Assembly: GCA_963777155.1 (NCBI GenBank)
Contig: CAVZPM010000019.1
Span: 1 to 17,451 of the forward strand
Direction: 5' to 3'
Length of the DNA: 17,451 nucleotides
Source: Candidatus Bathyarchaeota archaeon
Lineage (GTDB): Archaea; Thermoproteota; Bathyarchaeia; Bathyarchaeales; Bathycorpusculaceae
Positions within the stretch are counted from its first letter, which is position 1, and each line of letters begins with the position of its first letter. A program made the translations under genes and the position numbers. Of this stretch, positions 17,189-17,451 are shown in pieces. The notes below the pieces were generated by a model. It ran no database searches and was not told the DNA's origin. It saw nothing but the letters and a program-made list of their open reading frames with translations.

Positions 17189-17451
17189 ATGATTCATAAC
17201 CAAACTGAAATGAAAATCCCCATGGCAATGTAGAAGTAGAGGGCACATTGACCATGCCGCCTGGCGCCAAAGCAGTCGTGTTGTTTGCGCATGGCAGTGG
17301 CAGTAGTAGATTCAGCCCCAGGAACCAATACGTTGCCAAAGAATTCAACAAAGCCAAGATCGCAACGCTACTCTTCGACCTGCTAACCGCAGAAGAGGAA
17401 GAAATCGACGTTGTGACTGCCGAATATCGATTCAACATCGCCTTACTCGCT
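17189..17451 (+). CDS. Dienelactone hydrolase-family alpha/beta hydrolase, 3'-truncated by the window edge; one frameshift near 17223
   Basis: ATG 17189 after AGGAG: MIHNQTEMKIP, then in the shifted frame GNVEVEGTLTMPPGAKAVVLFAHGSGSSRFSPRNQYVAKEFNKAKIATLLFDLLTAEEEEID...RFNIALLA. Missed by the ORF track. Confidence 0.9.

Noticed and set aside
1-17451. CRISPR arrays, tRNA/rRNA genes, IS elements or prophage
   Set aside because: No regularly spaced repeats, cloverleaf-like segments, or transposase, integrase or capsid motifs were seen, and intergenic gaps are all short.

Overview
Gene-dense archaeal chromosomal DNA. Pantoate kinase, archaeal-type PPAT, TATA-like promoters and TTG/GTG starts overlapping upstream stops point to Archaea; a Bathyarchaeia/TACK origin is my inference. 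At least 14 single-base indels split otherwise normal genes, most likely long-read errors, so several genes were reconstructed by hand across frames. The left half is mostly housekeeping: a wHTH protein, an HtrA-like protease, a short NfeD plus stomatin pair, a core MetE-like protein, a HIT hydrolase, an ECF S-component/pantoate kinase/PPAT operon, and an RHH fused to a CblS-like domain. The most notable part is a four-gene block at about 8698-16425. It encodes (1) a signal-peptide, C-terminally membrane-anchored surface protein, translationally coupled to (2) a ~900-aa tubulin/FtsZ-superfamily GTPase with intact motifs and a ~420-aa helical insertion; (3) a convergent second FtsZ/tubulin-fold protein with degenerate GTPase motifs and a long disordered tail; and (4) a divergent ~800-aa polytopic membrane protein with a large helical domain. 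This is a candidate membrane-linked two-tubulin cytoskeletal or membrane-remodelling system. The window ends in a phosphoribosyltransferase and a truncated dienelactone-hydrolase-family gene. No rRNA, tRNA, CRISPR array or mobile element was seen.
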